A stretch of 64,000 bases of DNA from Coriobacteriales bacterium (lineage in GTDB: Bacteria > Actinomycetota > Coriobacteriia > Coriobacteriales > QAMH01), in contig JBJEHN010000065.1 in NCBI GenBank assembly GCA_051876105.1, forward strand, positions 5,841-69,840. Reading direction: 5' to 3'. Below, one piece after another: positions 34,900 to 48,180 of the stretch. The stretch's first letter is position 1. Every line of letters begins with the position of its first letter. The notes beneath the pieces were generated by a model. The model was not told where the DNA came from. It saw only the letters and a list, made by a program, of their open reading frames with translations, and made no database searches. Position numbers and translations under genes: made by a program.

Positions 34900-34929
34900 A
34901 GCGCGCCCCTGCAGGTGCGGGGGCGCGCT
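34900..34929 (-). terminator. Intrinsic terminator candidate after gyrA
   Basis: Stem agcgcgcccc...gggggcgcgct, followed on the minus strand by tgctttgctt. Confidence 0.55.
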
Positions 34930-34954
34930 CAGGTGTGCTCTAGTGGTGTCGGGC

Positions 34955-37591
<2,637 letters not shown>

Positions 37592-37605
37592 GTTCTATCT
37601 CCCTT

Positions 37606-39564
<1,959 letters not shown>

Positions 39565-39772
39565 TTACAATATATGAAGCGCGCCATGACAGATGGCACG
39601 CTTCCCTCGTAAGTTCTTGGTTGCATATTCTACCTTATAGAGCCTGTTTTGTCCCGCTTCAGAGGCCCTACAAACGCCCTGAGAGGCCGTTTCAAGGCAA
39701 AAACGAGTCCACTCGCCAAATCAAAGCCCAAAACACCCCAGAGCCGCGTTTTTTAGCCAAATCTCAGATAAC

Positions 39773-40951
39773 TCAGTAGCTGTGGCGGGTGCCCTCTATA
39801 GGGAGCTCGACCACCTGGGCCTGCGCAAGCAGCTCGGGTGAGAAGTAACCCAGGTTCGTGGTGGTGATGAAGGCTTGTGTGCTGCCTTCGATGAAGGCGG
39901 TGAGGGCGGTGCGGCGGGTTGCGTCGAGCTCGCTCATCACGTCGTCGAGCAGCAGCACCGGGTCCGTCCCGGCAAACTCGCGCACCAGCTCGACCTCGGC
40001 CAGCTTCCAGGCAAGCACGATGGTGCGCTGCTGCCCCTGCGACGCGAAGAGCCGCGCGTTGCGCCCGTTGATGAAGAATGCCAACTCGTCTTTGTGCGGC
40101 CCGACGAGGCTCGTCTTGCGCGAGAGCTCCTGCCCTGTAAGCAGCGCAGACCAGCGCGCGATGACCTCCTGCACCTGCTCCACGCCCAGCTCGAGCAGGT
40201 GGTCGGTCTGGCAGATGCTGCCCAGTCCGGGGATGTCGCCGCGCTGGTGGCCCCCGTCGTCGAAGCGCATCCAGCTTGGCAGGTAGAGGCAGCTCAGCTC
40301 CTCCCCCTCCACGAGCTGGGGGTAGATGCGCTCCATGTGCGCGGCCAGGCGCGAGAACAACCGCATTCGCTTGACGCACAGGCGCGCACCGTAGGCCGCC
40401 AGGCTCTCGTCCCAGCTCTCGAAGAGCGGGCCGACATGAACGCCCTCCTTCAGCAGCAGGTTGCGCTGGCGCAGGGCGCTCGCGTAGTCGGCCTTGAGGG
40501 CGCCGTAGCTCTTTGAGAGCTGCACACCCAGGCTGTCGAGCGCGTCGCGGCGCTGCGAGCTGGCCGCCTTGACGAGCTGGAGATGGTCGGGGATGAACAG
40601 CACGCTGGGGCAGGTGCCGCGCAGGGCGGCCGCCGTCTTCCTCTTGCCGTTGACCTCGTAATTGCGCTTGCCGCCGGCCGCCGTCATCCGGTGATCGACG
40701 ACGCGGTTTTGCGCCGGGTCCTCGAGCCGCGCGCTGATCGAGGCGCTGGCGGCGTCCCAGCTCACGACCTCGTCCCACGACGGCTTGCGGAACGACTCGC
40801 CAGCAGTGAGCAGCTGTATCGCCTCGATGATGTTGGTCTTGCCCACGGCGTTGGGCCCCACCAAGACGACCAGCGGGCCCAAGCCCGCCAGCTCGAGGCA
40901 GCTGTAGCCCCTGTACTCGCTGAAGCGTATCTCTGTGATGCTGAGTCCCAT
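39773..40951 (-). CDS. recF: DNA replication and repair protein RecF
   Basis: GPNAVGKTNIIEAI Walker A, GSQGQQRT-like signature SQGQQRTIVLA, and LLLDDVMSELD Walker B. Start is ATG 40951. Confidence 0.9.
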   Translation of the reverse strand: MGLSITEIRFSEYRGYSCLELAGLGPLVVLVGPNAVGKTNIIEAIQLLTAGESFRKPSWDEVVSWDAASASISARLEDPAQNRVVDHRMTAAGGKRNYEVNGKRKTAAALRGTCPSVLFIPDHLQLVKAASSQRRDALDSLGVQLSKSYGALKADYASALRQRNLLLKEGVHVGPLFESWDESLAAYGARLCVKRMRLFSRLAAHMERIYPQLVEGEELSCLYLPSWMRFDDGGHQRGDIPGLGSICQTDHLLELGVEQVQEVIARWSALLTGQELSRKTSLVGPHKDELAFFINGRNARLFASQGQQRTIVLAWKLAEVELVREFAGTDPVLLLDDVMSELDATRRTALTAFIEGSTQAFITTTNLGYFSPELLAQAQVVELPIEGTRHSY

Positions 40952-41061
40952 AGCACGTGATGATACAAGATGCTGCGCCGTGCGGCCCCTGCGCGCGCAA
41001 GCTGTGGGGGCAAGCGCGCCGCGCATGTAGTACCGTGTACCAAAGACGCTAAGGAGGCCCT

Positions 41062-41655
41062 ATGACAGAGTTGCGCAGCGGGGGAACAGACCTGGGCGGC
41101 GCCGTGCGCGAGCTGCTGGAGATCATCGAGCGCCGCAACCCCGAGGTGGTCGCCAGCGCGCGCAACTCCCGTGCCTGGGCCCAAGCGGCAGACGAGGCAC
41201 AGCGCTCCCACACCTGCGCCGTCTACACCGTCCCCGGCACAGGCGGCGCCGAGGTCGTGGTCTACGTCGACTCAAACATCTGGGCCACCGAGCTCAGCCT
41301 CCAAGGCGAGCTGCTGCGCCTGAAGATGAACATCGCCCTGCGCGATGCAGCAGAGCACGCCGGCACCTTCGACCCGCAGGCAGACAACGAGCGCGTCAAG
41401 AAGCTGAGGTTCGCCACCAGCCGCGAGCGCTACCGCAGCGCCCGCCCCGAAGACACGAGCACTGCCCAGCAACTGCTCGACGAGGGCATGCACTACGACG
41501 TCGAGCCCCTCCCCCTCACCCATGAGGAAGAGGCGCAGCTCGAGGCCCAGGCAGCCGCCATCGAGAACCCCCAGGTCCGCAAAGCCGCTCTAGAGGCCAT
41601 GAGGGCCGACGCCATGCTCAAGAAGGCGCTGTCGAACCAAAGCAAAGAAGCCTGA
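41062..41655 (+). CDS. DUF721 / DciA-like protein, encoded opposite to its neighbours
   Basis: VVYVDSNIWATELSLQGELLRLKMN resembles the DUF721 core (L.V.VDSS.WA.EL......L...LN). It lies in the dnaN/recF neighbourhood typical of this family. Confidence 0.6.
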   Translation: MTELRSGGTDLGGAVRELLEIIERRNPEVVASARNSRAWAQAADEAQRSHTCAVYTVPGTGGAEVVVYVDSNIWATELSLQGELLRLKMNIALRDAAEHAGTFDPQADNERVKKLRFATSRERYRSARPEDTSTAQQLLDEGMHYDVEPLPLTHEEEAQLEAQAAAIENPQVRKAALEAMRADAMLKKALSNQSKEA

Positions 41656-41666
41656 AGAAGGCGCTG

Positions 41667-42767
41667 TTAAGCGAGCCTCACAGGCATGGCCAGGTAGAGG
41701 AAGCTGTCGTCATCGGCAGCGTGGAGGGTGCCGGGCTTGAGGCTGCTCTGCAGCTTGATGAGCACGTCGCCCTCGACCGCCTGCAAGCCGTCGAGCAGGT
41801 ACTGGTGGTTGAAGGCGATCTCCATGCTCTCTCCTTCGACCTCGGCCGCGAGCGCAGCGCGGCTGGCACCTACGTCCTGGGTCTTGGCAGAGACGGTGAC
41901 CTTCTGCTCGTCAACGTCGAACGCAAAGCGCACCGGTGTGTGCGCTTGAGCCAGGATGCTCACGCGCTTGACGGTTGCGATGAGCTCTTGCACGGGCAGC
42001 TTGATGGTGCAGGCAGAGTCCTTGGGCAACAGCTGCTTGTAGTTGGGGTAGGTGCCCTCGATCTTGCGGCTGACGAAGGTGCATGCACCGAAGCTGAACA
42101 CGACCTGGTTCTCGGAGAAGGCGATGGTGATCGCCTCGTAGCCGCTGGCCATCTTCGTGACGTCCTCGAAGATGCGGCCCGGGATGATCGCCTGGAAGGG
42201 CTCGTACGGGTCGCCCTCCTCGATCAGCACGTCTGCCACAGCCAGGCGGTAGCTGTCTGTGGCGGCAAGGCGCACTGTGTCGTCCTCGACGGCGAAGAGT
42301 ATGCCGGTGAGGATGGCACGGCTCTCGTCGCGCGAGACGGCCTTGCCCACCTTGCGCACCGCGTCTGAGAGGCGCTTGGAAGGCAGCACCACCTTGGTGC
42401 TCGTCTCGACCTGCGGGAAGGCGGGGAAGTCCACTGGGTTCAGAGTGGAGAGGGTGAAGGCGCTGTCAAGGCAGCTGATGACGACCTGGTCTGCATCCGT
42501 GGCAACGGTGACCGCCGCGTCTGGCAGGGCCTTGGAGATGTCGCCGAAGAGCTTGCCCGGCACCACGGTGCGGCCCGGCTCCACGACGTCTGCCACGATG
42601 GAGTGGCGGATGGATATCTCCAGGTCTGTGGTCTGGAAGGTGACCGAGCTGTCCTCCGCGCTCACGAGGATGCCGCTGAGGATGGGCAGCGTGCTCCTGG
42701 ACGACATGCCCTTTGACACGATGTTCAGGACTTCGATGAGCTCGTCTTTCGCTATGTTGAACCTCAT
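41667..42767 (-). CDS. dnaN: DNA polymerase III beta sliding clamp
   Basis: MRFNIAKDELIEVLNIVSKGMSSRSTLPILSGILV and three-domain length (366 aa). Confidence 0.97.
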   Translation of the reverse strand: MRFNIAKDELIEVLNIVSKGMSSRSTLPILSGILVSAEDSSVTFQTTDLEISIRHSIVADVVEPGRTVVPGKLFGDISKALPDAAVTVATDADQVVISCLDSAFTLSTLNPVDFPAFPQVETSTKVVLPSKRLSDAVRKVGKAVSRDESRAILTGILFAVEDDTVRLAATDSYRLAVADVLIEEGDPYEPFQAIIPGRIFEDVTKMASGYEAITIAFSENQVVFSFGACTFVSRKIEGTYPNYKQLLPKDSACTIKLPVQELIATVKRVSILAQAHTPVRFAFDVDEQKVTVSAKTQDVGASRAALAAEVEGESMEIAFNHQYLLDGLQAVEGDVLIKLQSSLKPGTLHAADDDSFLYLAMPVRLA

Positions 42768-42800
42768 GGCGCTTGCCCCAATCCCGGTTTCCCGGCTCCT

Positions 42801-42850
42801 GTTATATATAAGACCTCTTATATAAATACATTTAGTAATAGTAATAAAGC
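42801..42850. other. AT-rich candidate DNA-unwinding element of oriC
   Basis: Sequence gttatatataagacctcttatataaatacatttagtaatagtaataaagc in an otherwise GC-rich context. It lies 34-83 bp upstream of the dnaN start, next to DnaA-box-like sites. Confidence 0.55.
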
Positions 42851-42851
42851 A

Positions 42852-43006
42852 GGTGGAAATGTGGAGGTGTGTGCGTCACCGCACGTCAGCCCCTGTTTTC
42901 CCATCAACAACGCTGTTGAAAACAGCCGAGCTCTCTCCACAGCCGCTTTTCCACAGTTTTCACCTTCTCACAGACGGCCAACATGTTCTCCACCAGCTTA
43001 TCCCCA
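42852..43006. other. oriC part 2: DnaA-box cluster in the dnaA-dnaN intergenic region
   Basis: TTTTCCACA at 42947-42955 and TTATCCCCA at 42998-43006 each have one mismatch to TTATCCACA. Weaker sites include ggtggaaat, tgtggaggt and ctctccaca. Confidence 0.6.
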
Positions 43007-43028
43007 GGGTGTGACACAGCTTGCTCCC

Positions 43029-44603
43029 TTACGAGCGCGCGCGGATGCGGTCGTTCAGCTCGGCGATCTGGTCGTACAACAGGCGGTTGTCCTGCTGGTC
43101 GCTCTCTATCTTGTTCACGCTGTGCATGACCGTGGTGTGGTCGCGGTTGCCGAACTTCTTGCCGATGCTCTCGAGGCTTTCGTCTGTGAGGTAGCGGCAC
43201 AGGTAGATGGCGATGTGGCGCGGCAGGGTGATGCCCTTGCTGCGCTTGCTGCCGATGATGTCCTCGTGGCTCACCTGGAAGTAGCGCTCGACCTCCGCCT
43301 GGATGGTCGAGATGCTCACCTTGGTGTCGCGCAGCGCGGGGAAGAAGTCCTGCAGTATCTCCTGCGCCTCGTCGACCGTGATCTCCGGTTTGCGGGTGAG
43401 GTTCATGTTGCCGATGAGGCGGGTGATCGCACCCTCCATCTCGCGGATGTTGGTGGAGGCGCTTTCCGCCAGCCAACTGAGCACGTTGTCTGGGATCACA
43501 CCGCAGAAGGTGGTTGCCTGCTGCACGCGCAGGTAGCTGTTCTTGATGATGGCCAGGCGGGTCTCGTAGTCGGGCGGCTTGATGTCTGCCAGCAGGCCGC
43601 TCACAAAGCGGCTGCGCATGCGGTCGTCCATGTCGATGTCCTTGGGCGCGCGGTCTGCGCTGAGCACGACCTGCTTTGCCTGGCTGGTCATCTCGTTGAA
43701 GATGTTGAAGAGCTGGTTGATGGTCTCGTCCTTGCCTTCCAAGTACTGTACGTCGTCAACCAGCAGGACGTCGGCGTGGTGGTACTTGGTGTTGAAGCCG
43801 CCCCAGCTGTTGCGCTGCGTTGCCTCGACGTAGTCGTTGAGGAACTCGTTGGCGCTCACATAGCAGGTGGCCATGTTGGGGTAGTTCTGGCCGATGTAGT
43901 TGGCGATGGAGACCAGCAGGTGGGTCTTGCCCAAGCCGCTCGAGCCGTAGATGAACAGCGGGTTGTAGACGATGCCCGGCTGCTCGGCCACGGCCAGCGC
44001 CGCCCCGCGGGCGAACTCGTTGCTCTTGCCCACGACGAAGGTCTCGAACGTGCACTTGGAGAACAGCGCCTCGTTGCCGGTGCGGCGGGATTGCTGCCCG
44101 GGCTGTTGCGCGGGCTGTGCTTGCTGCACCTGCGCCTGGCCGCCTGCTCCGGGCAGGTCGCTCATCTGCACATAGGTGTTCATCCACTCGGGCACGGCGG
44201 GGCTTTCCGCCGGCGCAGGCTGCGGGTCGAGGTTGGGTATGGCGAACACGGGGTTCTGCTCGGGTGCGGGGGCCTTCTGGCTTGCCACTTGCACGGCTGC
44301 TGCCGCTGGGTTGCCCTGCGGCGCGGTGGGCTGCGGAGCGGGCGCGGCTTGGGCGGCGGGGTTGCCGGCGATCTGCACGGTGTAGGCAGCGCCGCTTGCC
44401 GCCAGCGCGGCAGCAGAGATCTCTCCCAGGTAGTTGCGGCGCACCCAGCTCTCGACCTGCTCGTTGTTGGTCAGGAGGATGAACTGGTCGCCGAAGACGC
44501 CCAGCGGGTGGAGCTGCCCTAGGAAGAAGTTCTTCGGGTCGTCCTCCCCCACCCCGTCGAGCATGATGGCCAGCGTCTTTGCCCAGAGCTCGTCTTTGTC
44601 CAT
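43029..44603 (-). CDS. dnaA: Chromosomal replication initiator DnaA
   Basis: AAA+ GSSGLGKTHLL, LLVDDVQYL, and C-terminal HTH RDHTTVMHSVNKI. A Q/P/A-rich domain II linker is present. Confidence 0.97.
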   Translation of the reverse strand: MDKDELWAKTLAIMLDGVGEDDPKNFFLGQLHPLGVFGDQFILLTNNEQVESWVRRNYLGEISAAALAASGAAYTVQIAGNPAAQAAPAPQPTAPQGNPAAAAVQVASQKAPAPEQNPVFAIPNLDPQPAPAESPAVPEWMNTYVQMSDLPGAGGQAQVQQAQPAQQPGQQSRRTGNEALFSKCTFETFVVGKSNEFARGAALAVAEQPGIVYNPLFIYGSSGLGKTHLLVSIANYIGQNYPNMATCYVSANEFLNDYVEATQRNSWGGFNTKYHHADVLLVDDVQYLEGKDETINQLFNIFNEMTSQAKQVVLSADRAPKDIDMDDRMRSRFVSGLLADIKPPDYETRLAIIKNSYLRVQQATTFCGVIPDNVLSWLAESASTNIREMEGAITRLIGNMNLTRKPEITVDEAQEILQDFFPALRDTKVSISTIQAEVERYFQVSHEDIIGSKRSKGITLPRHIAIYLCRYLTDESLESIGKKFGNRDHTTVMHSVNKIESDQQDNRLLYDQIAELNDRIRARS

Positions 44604-44606
44604 GGC

Positions 44607-45542
44607 TTACACCTGCTCTCTCAATGCTGCCAGACCCAGCTGGGTCAGCATGCGCTTGCCCTTGTGGTTCTCGTCGCTCATCAGCATCCCCGCCTTCTGG
44701 AGCTTGTCGAGGACGCGGTACGCCGTTGCGGTGGGGATGCCCATGCGGTTGGTGATGTCTGTGGGGCCCACGCTCATCTCCGTTGCCAGCGCCAGGATGT
44801 CGAGCTCGCGCTGGTCGAGCGGGACGGCGCCGGCTGCGGGGGTGAGAGCTGCAGGCGTGGTGGCCGCTCGCTGGGCGGTGCCGTAGGCAGGCTGCTGCCA
44901 CTGCGGTTGGGCCGGCTGCTGCCATGCGCTGCCCGGCGCCTGCATCTGCTGCTGCCACATGCCGGCGTCTTGCTGCGGGTAGGGCTGCGCGTACTGCGCT
45001 GCCTGCGTGGGCACCTGCACGACCGGGCTCTCCTGGTAGACGACCGGCTGCTGCTGTATGCCTGCGTTGCGGTCGACAGCGATGGTCACCACCGCGCCGT
45101 CGCGTATGTTGTCCTCTATGACCAGCCGCCCGTTGGAGAACTTGAGGTACTCCTTCACGATGGGCAGCCCGCTGCCTACGCCGCGGATATAGCCCTTCAT
45201 CTCTGCGGTTGCGCTCGAGAAGCCGGGCAGCTGGACGCGGTCCTTGTTCTCGATGCCAGGGCCCTGGTCTGCAAAGCGTATCGTGCAGCCGCGGTCCAGG
45301 ATGCTGACCGTTATCTCCTTGAACTGGGCGTGGATGAAGTTCTCCGAGACCTCGCGGATGACGGTGTAGGGGATCACCCCACCCTGCTGGGTCGCCAACT
45401 CGTAGGTGGTCGAGGCGATGCTCTCTATATAGTGTGAGACCTCGTCTGGCTGGATCTCCACGATGCGCGGCGCAGAGAGAAGATCGTCGTAGACGGCGAT
45501 GCGCGCCACCTGCGTTGCGGTAACAGGCTCTTCCTGGGGCAT
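44607..45542 (-). CDS. GHKL (HATPase_c-like) ATPase domain fused to a winged-helix DNA-binding domain via a Gln/Pro-rich linker; function unknown
   Basis: N-box-like REVSENFIHA, G1 DQGPGI, G2 GVGSGLP. C-terminal wHTH GPTDITNRMGIPTATAYRVLDKLQKAGML. ATG 45542 lies 4 nt after GAGGAGG. The TAA stop ends 3 nt before the dnaA ATG. Confidence 0.75.
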   Translation of the reverse strand: MPQEEPVTATQVARIAVYDDLLSAPRIVEIQPDEVSHYIESIASTTYELATQQGGVIPYTVIREVSENFIHAQFKEITVSILDRGCTIRFADQGPGIENKDRVQLPGFSSATAEMKGYIRGVGSGLPIVKEYLKFSNGRLVIEDNIRDGAVVTIAVDRNAGIQQQPVVYQESPVVQVPTQAAQYAQPYPQQDAGMWQQQMQAPGSAWQQPAQPQWQQPAYGTAQRAATTPAALTPAAGAVPLDQRELDILALATEMSVGPTDITNRMGIPTATAYRVLDKLQKAGMLMSDENHKGKRMLTQLGLAALREQV

Positions 45543-45575
45543 CGTTCCTCCTCTCGCGTGGCTTGGGTGTGAAAA

Positions 45576-45604
45576 AGTGTAGTTTTCCACAGAGAAATTC
45601 ACAA
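45576..45604 (-). promoter_or_regulatory. Candidate promoter of the GHKL-wHTH/dnaA transcript, with a DnaA box in its spacer
   Basis: Minus strand has TTGTGA, a 17-nt spacer, then TACACT. The spacer contains TGTGGAAAA (plus-strand TTTTCCACA at 45583-45591). Confidence 0.4.
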
Positions 45605-46053
45605 TCGTTTTCCCGAAAAAACTCCAGCCCTTGCTTCTCGTTTCATTTCATTTCAGGTTTCCGCATATATGAAATACCTATCTACCTGCTGTTTTCAATG
45701 TTTTCCACATTACTTTCCACCTCTGTTGAAAACTATGGAGAAAACTGAAACAAGTGTGGAAACTGTGGTTGAAAGATGAGAAAGGCAATCGAGAAGCTGC
45801 TTGGGTACACACTTGAACAGCGGATTTGGGTACTTATCCACATTTCAGATTATTTCAAGAGGCGGAATCCACTGAAAACACCCCCTGTTTCAAGCTGTCT
45901 CTTTTCACAAAGTGCTGAAAAATCGTCCTGAAATAGTTCTGAAACGAGTTTTCCCCAATACAGATCTCGCAGATTCACCCGCTGTGGTAAAAGTTCACAG
46001 AGTTTTCCCCAGCAAACCCGTGTTTAACAACAGGGTTTTCCCCGTTTTCCACA
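45583..46053. other. oriC part 1: DnaA-box cluster between the dnaA operon and rpmH
   Basis: Perfect TTATCCACA at 45834-45842. TTTTCCACA at 45583-45591, 45701-45709 and 46045-46053. Several two-mismatch sites (ctttccacc, tgtggaaac, tgtggtaaa). About 700 bp are non-coding. Confidence 0.75.
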
Positions 46054-46154
46054 TTTTGGGAAGTTTTTTCCCACTTGCCCTTGCATTGGGTGATAGCCCG
46101 TGCAGGTGAACAGATACGAACAACCCTGCACAAAACGTCGTTCGCATGCGGTTC

Positions 46155-46183
46155 TTGACGATTTTTGTGAAGGCAAATATAAT
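46155..46183 (+). promoter_or_regulatory. rpmH promoter
   Basis: TTGACG, a 17-nt spacer, then TATAAT, about 55 nt upstream of the rpmH ATG. Confidence 0.7.
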
Positions 46184-46238
46184 CTCGGGGCTTATGTAAT
46201 CAATTAAGGGGTTCGTTTACCCTAGGAGGAATGCCGCA

Positions 46239-46373
46239 ATGAAACGTACTTATCAGCCTAACAAGCGTCGTCGCGCCAAGACCCATGGCTTCCGTGCCCG
46301 CATGGCTACCCGCGGTGGCCGTGCTGTTCTGAAGGCCCGCCGCGCAAAGGGCCGCAAGCGCCTGACCGTCTAG
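46239..46373 (+). CDS. rpmH: 50S ribosomal protein L34 (44 aa; below the ORF-track length cutoff)
   Basis: Hand translation gives [51 protein letters not shown] lies 8 nt upstream. Confidence 0.97.
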   Translation: MKRTYQPNKRRRAKTHGFRARMATRGGRAVLKARRAKGRKRLTV

Positions 46374-46389
46374 CAACGGCAGGGCTTGG

Positions 46390-46740
46390 TTGGAGGAGCC
46401 CTTGAGGGGCACCGTCAAATCCAAGGATGACATGGAGCGCCTCTTCCGTGAGGGGAGGCGCTCTTCTTCGTATTTGATGAACGTCATCACCGGCCCCTCC
46501 GGGGAGGCCTGCCCGCGTGGGAGATGGGCCTTCATCGCAGGCAAGAAGCTTGGCTGCGCACCGCTGCGCAACCGCTGCAAGCGCGTGATGCGCGCCGCGG
46601 CAGCAGAGCTCGGCGGCCCCTGGCCCCAGCTCGATGTGGTCTTCGTCGCCCGCTACAAGCTGGCGTTCGCTGATCATCAGGCGGTAGTGCGCGAGATGCA
46701 GAAGTGCTTGCGCAAGCTCGGTGTCGAAGATGAGCGGTGA
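46390..46740 (+). CDS. rnpA: Ribonuclease P protein component
   Basis: Basic protein of about 116 aa directly after rpmH, with a ...AGKKLG.A..RNR.KR..R... block. Apparent TTG start. Confidence 0.85.
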   Translation: MEEPLRGTVKSKDDMERLFREGRRSSSYLMNVITGPSGEACPRGRWAFIAGKKLGCAPLRNRCKRVMRAAAAELGGPWPQLDVVFVARYKLAFADHQAVVREMQKCLRKLGVEDER

Positions 46741-47104
46741 CGACAACCGCCGATGCGGGGACGGCGCTCCCCCACCTGCCTGCGAGCCCGGTGGCCAAGC
46801 ACCGCGTCTCAAACCCGAGGACCTCTACGGCGCCGAGGTGGAGGACCAGCACCCGCGCGAGGGCGGCGGCTTCTTCAACGCGCTCGCCCGCGCTCCCAAG
46901 CGGGCTGTCATCAGCTTCATCAGGTTCTATCAGAAGGCTGTCTCACCGCTCTTCCCCAGAACCTGCAGGTTCGTACCCAGCTGTTCGCAATACGCTATCA
47001 TTGCTGTTCAGCGCTATGGGCTCGCCAAAGGGGGCTTGCTTGCTGTCAAGCGGCTTCTCAAGTGCGGACCCTGGCACCCAGGTGGCTACGACCCGGTCCC
47101 CTAG
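46721..47104 (+). CDS. yidD: Membrane protein insertion efficiency factor YidD (start uncertain; N-terminal extension overlaps the rnpA end)
   Basis: Motif FIRFYQKAVSPLFPRTCRFVPSCSQYAIIAVQRYG...KRLLKCGPWHPGGYDPVP. Confidence 0.85.
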   Translation: MSKMSGDDNRRCGDGAPPPACEPGGQAPRLKPEDLYGAEVEDQHPREGGGFFNALARAPKRAVISFIRFYQKAVSPLFPRTCRFVPSCSQYAIIAVQRYGLAKGGLLAVKRLLKCGPWHPGGYDPVP

Positions 47105-47175
47105 CGGCCCGGGCGCCCTTCCTGGACAACCGTAAGTAGTGGCTGGGGTTATCCCCCAAGCTGAGAGGAACATAT

Positions 47176-47946
47176 ATGTGGGATTCGATACTGAACGGCT
47201 GCGCGTGGCTGCTCTACCAGCTGGCAACCGTTGTTGGTGACTGGGGTCTTGCGATCTGCATCGTCACCATCATCATCCGCCTGCTGCTCTTCCCCGTGCA
47301 GCAAAAGCAGCTCAAGTCCAGCTTTGGCATGCAGGAGCTGCAGCCCAAGATGCAGGCCCTGCAGGAGAAGTACGCTGACGACCAGCAGCGCCTCTCCGAA
47401 GAGACGATGAAGCTGTATCAGGAGGTGGGTTTCAACCCGCTCGCAGGCTGCCTGCCCATGCTGGTCCAGATGCCCATCTTCATCATCCTGTTCCAGACCC
47501 TGCGATTCAAGCTTGCCGATTACCAGGTCGAGGGCCAGCTCGCCGTGAGCTTCTACAACATCCTCCCCGACCTCACGCTCACCATCCCTGACGCCGGCTT
47601 CGGCATCTGGTACTGCGTGTTCGGCATCCTGTTCATCGTTCTTTCCGTTGGCCCCATGGGCTACCAGCTCATCAAGCAGAACACCAACAAACAGAACGAG
47701 TCCATGACCTGGATGATGCTCATCTTCTTCGGCATCATGTTCATCTACATGGCATGGATCTCCCCCGCCGGCGTCATCCTGTACTGGGCCCTGTCCTCCG
47801 GCTTCGGCTTTGCGCAGCAGCTGATCACCAACCGCGCGCTCAAGAAGAAGCGCAACGAGGAGATCGCAGAACTCAACCTCCCCGAGAAGATCGAGGTCGA
47901 CGTCGAGCGCAAGGTCAAGAAGAAGCGCCCCCACAAGAAGCATTAA
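47176..47946 (+). CDS. yidC: YidC/Oxa1-family membrane protein insertase
   Basis: Motif GLAICIVTIIIRLLLFPV..KQ.KS...MQELQPKM..LQEKY..D.Q....E.MKLYQE.G.NPLAGCLPMLVQMPIF. Confidence 0.92.
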   Translation: MWDSILNGCAWLLYQLATVVGDWGLAICIVTIIIRLLLFPVQQKQLKSSFGMQELQPKMQALQEKYADDQQRLSEETMKLYQEVGFNPLAGCLPMLVQMPIFIILFQTLRFKLADYQVEGQLAVSFYNILPDLTLTIPDAGFGIWYCVFGILFIVLSVGPMGYQLIKQNTNKQNESMTWMMLIFFGIMFIYMAWISPAGVILYWALSSGFGFAQQLITNRALKKKRNEEIAELNLPEKIEVDVERKVKKKRPHKKH

Positions 47947-47970
47947 GCTTCCCAGCGCACCCCGCACCCA

Positions 47971-48003
47971 ACAGGCACCCATCTAGGTGCCTGTTTTGCT
48001 TTT
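47971..48003 (+). terminator. Intrinsic terminator after yidC
   Basis: Hairpin acaggcacc-catcta-ggtgcctgt followed by tttgctttt. Confidence 0.75.
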
Positions 48004-48037
48004 GGCTGTGTTGGGGCAAGATAGAGCGCCTCCTCTC

Positions 48038-48180
48038 GACATCCTGAGCGGAGGCGCTTTAGCGCCGGAGTCGAAGGATCTCGAGTTGAGCCGCAAGACC
48101 ACCGCACCCGAGCCGCAGGTCTCGCGAGTCCGCTTAAGATCCTTCGACTCCGCTCCTTACGGCGCTGCGCTCATGATGAC
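48038..48180. repeat. MITE-like repeat, family B, subfamily B2, copy R3
   Basis: Sequence gacatcctgagcg...ggagtcgaaggatctcgagttgagccgcaagacc...cttaagatccttcgactcc...cgctcatgatgac. Confidence 0.75.
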
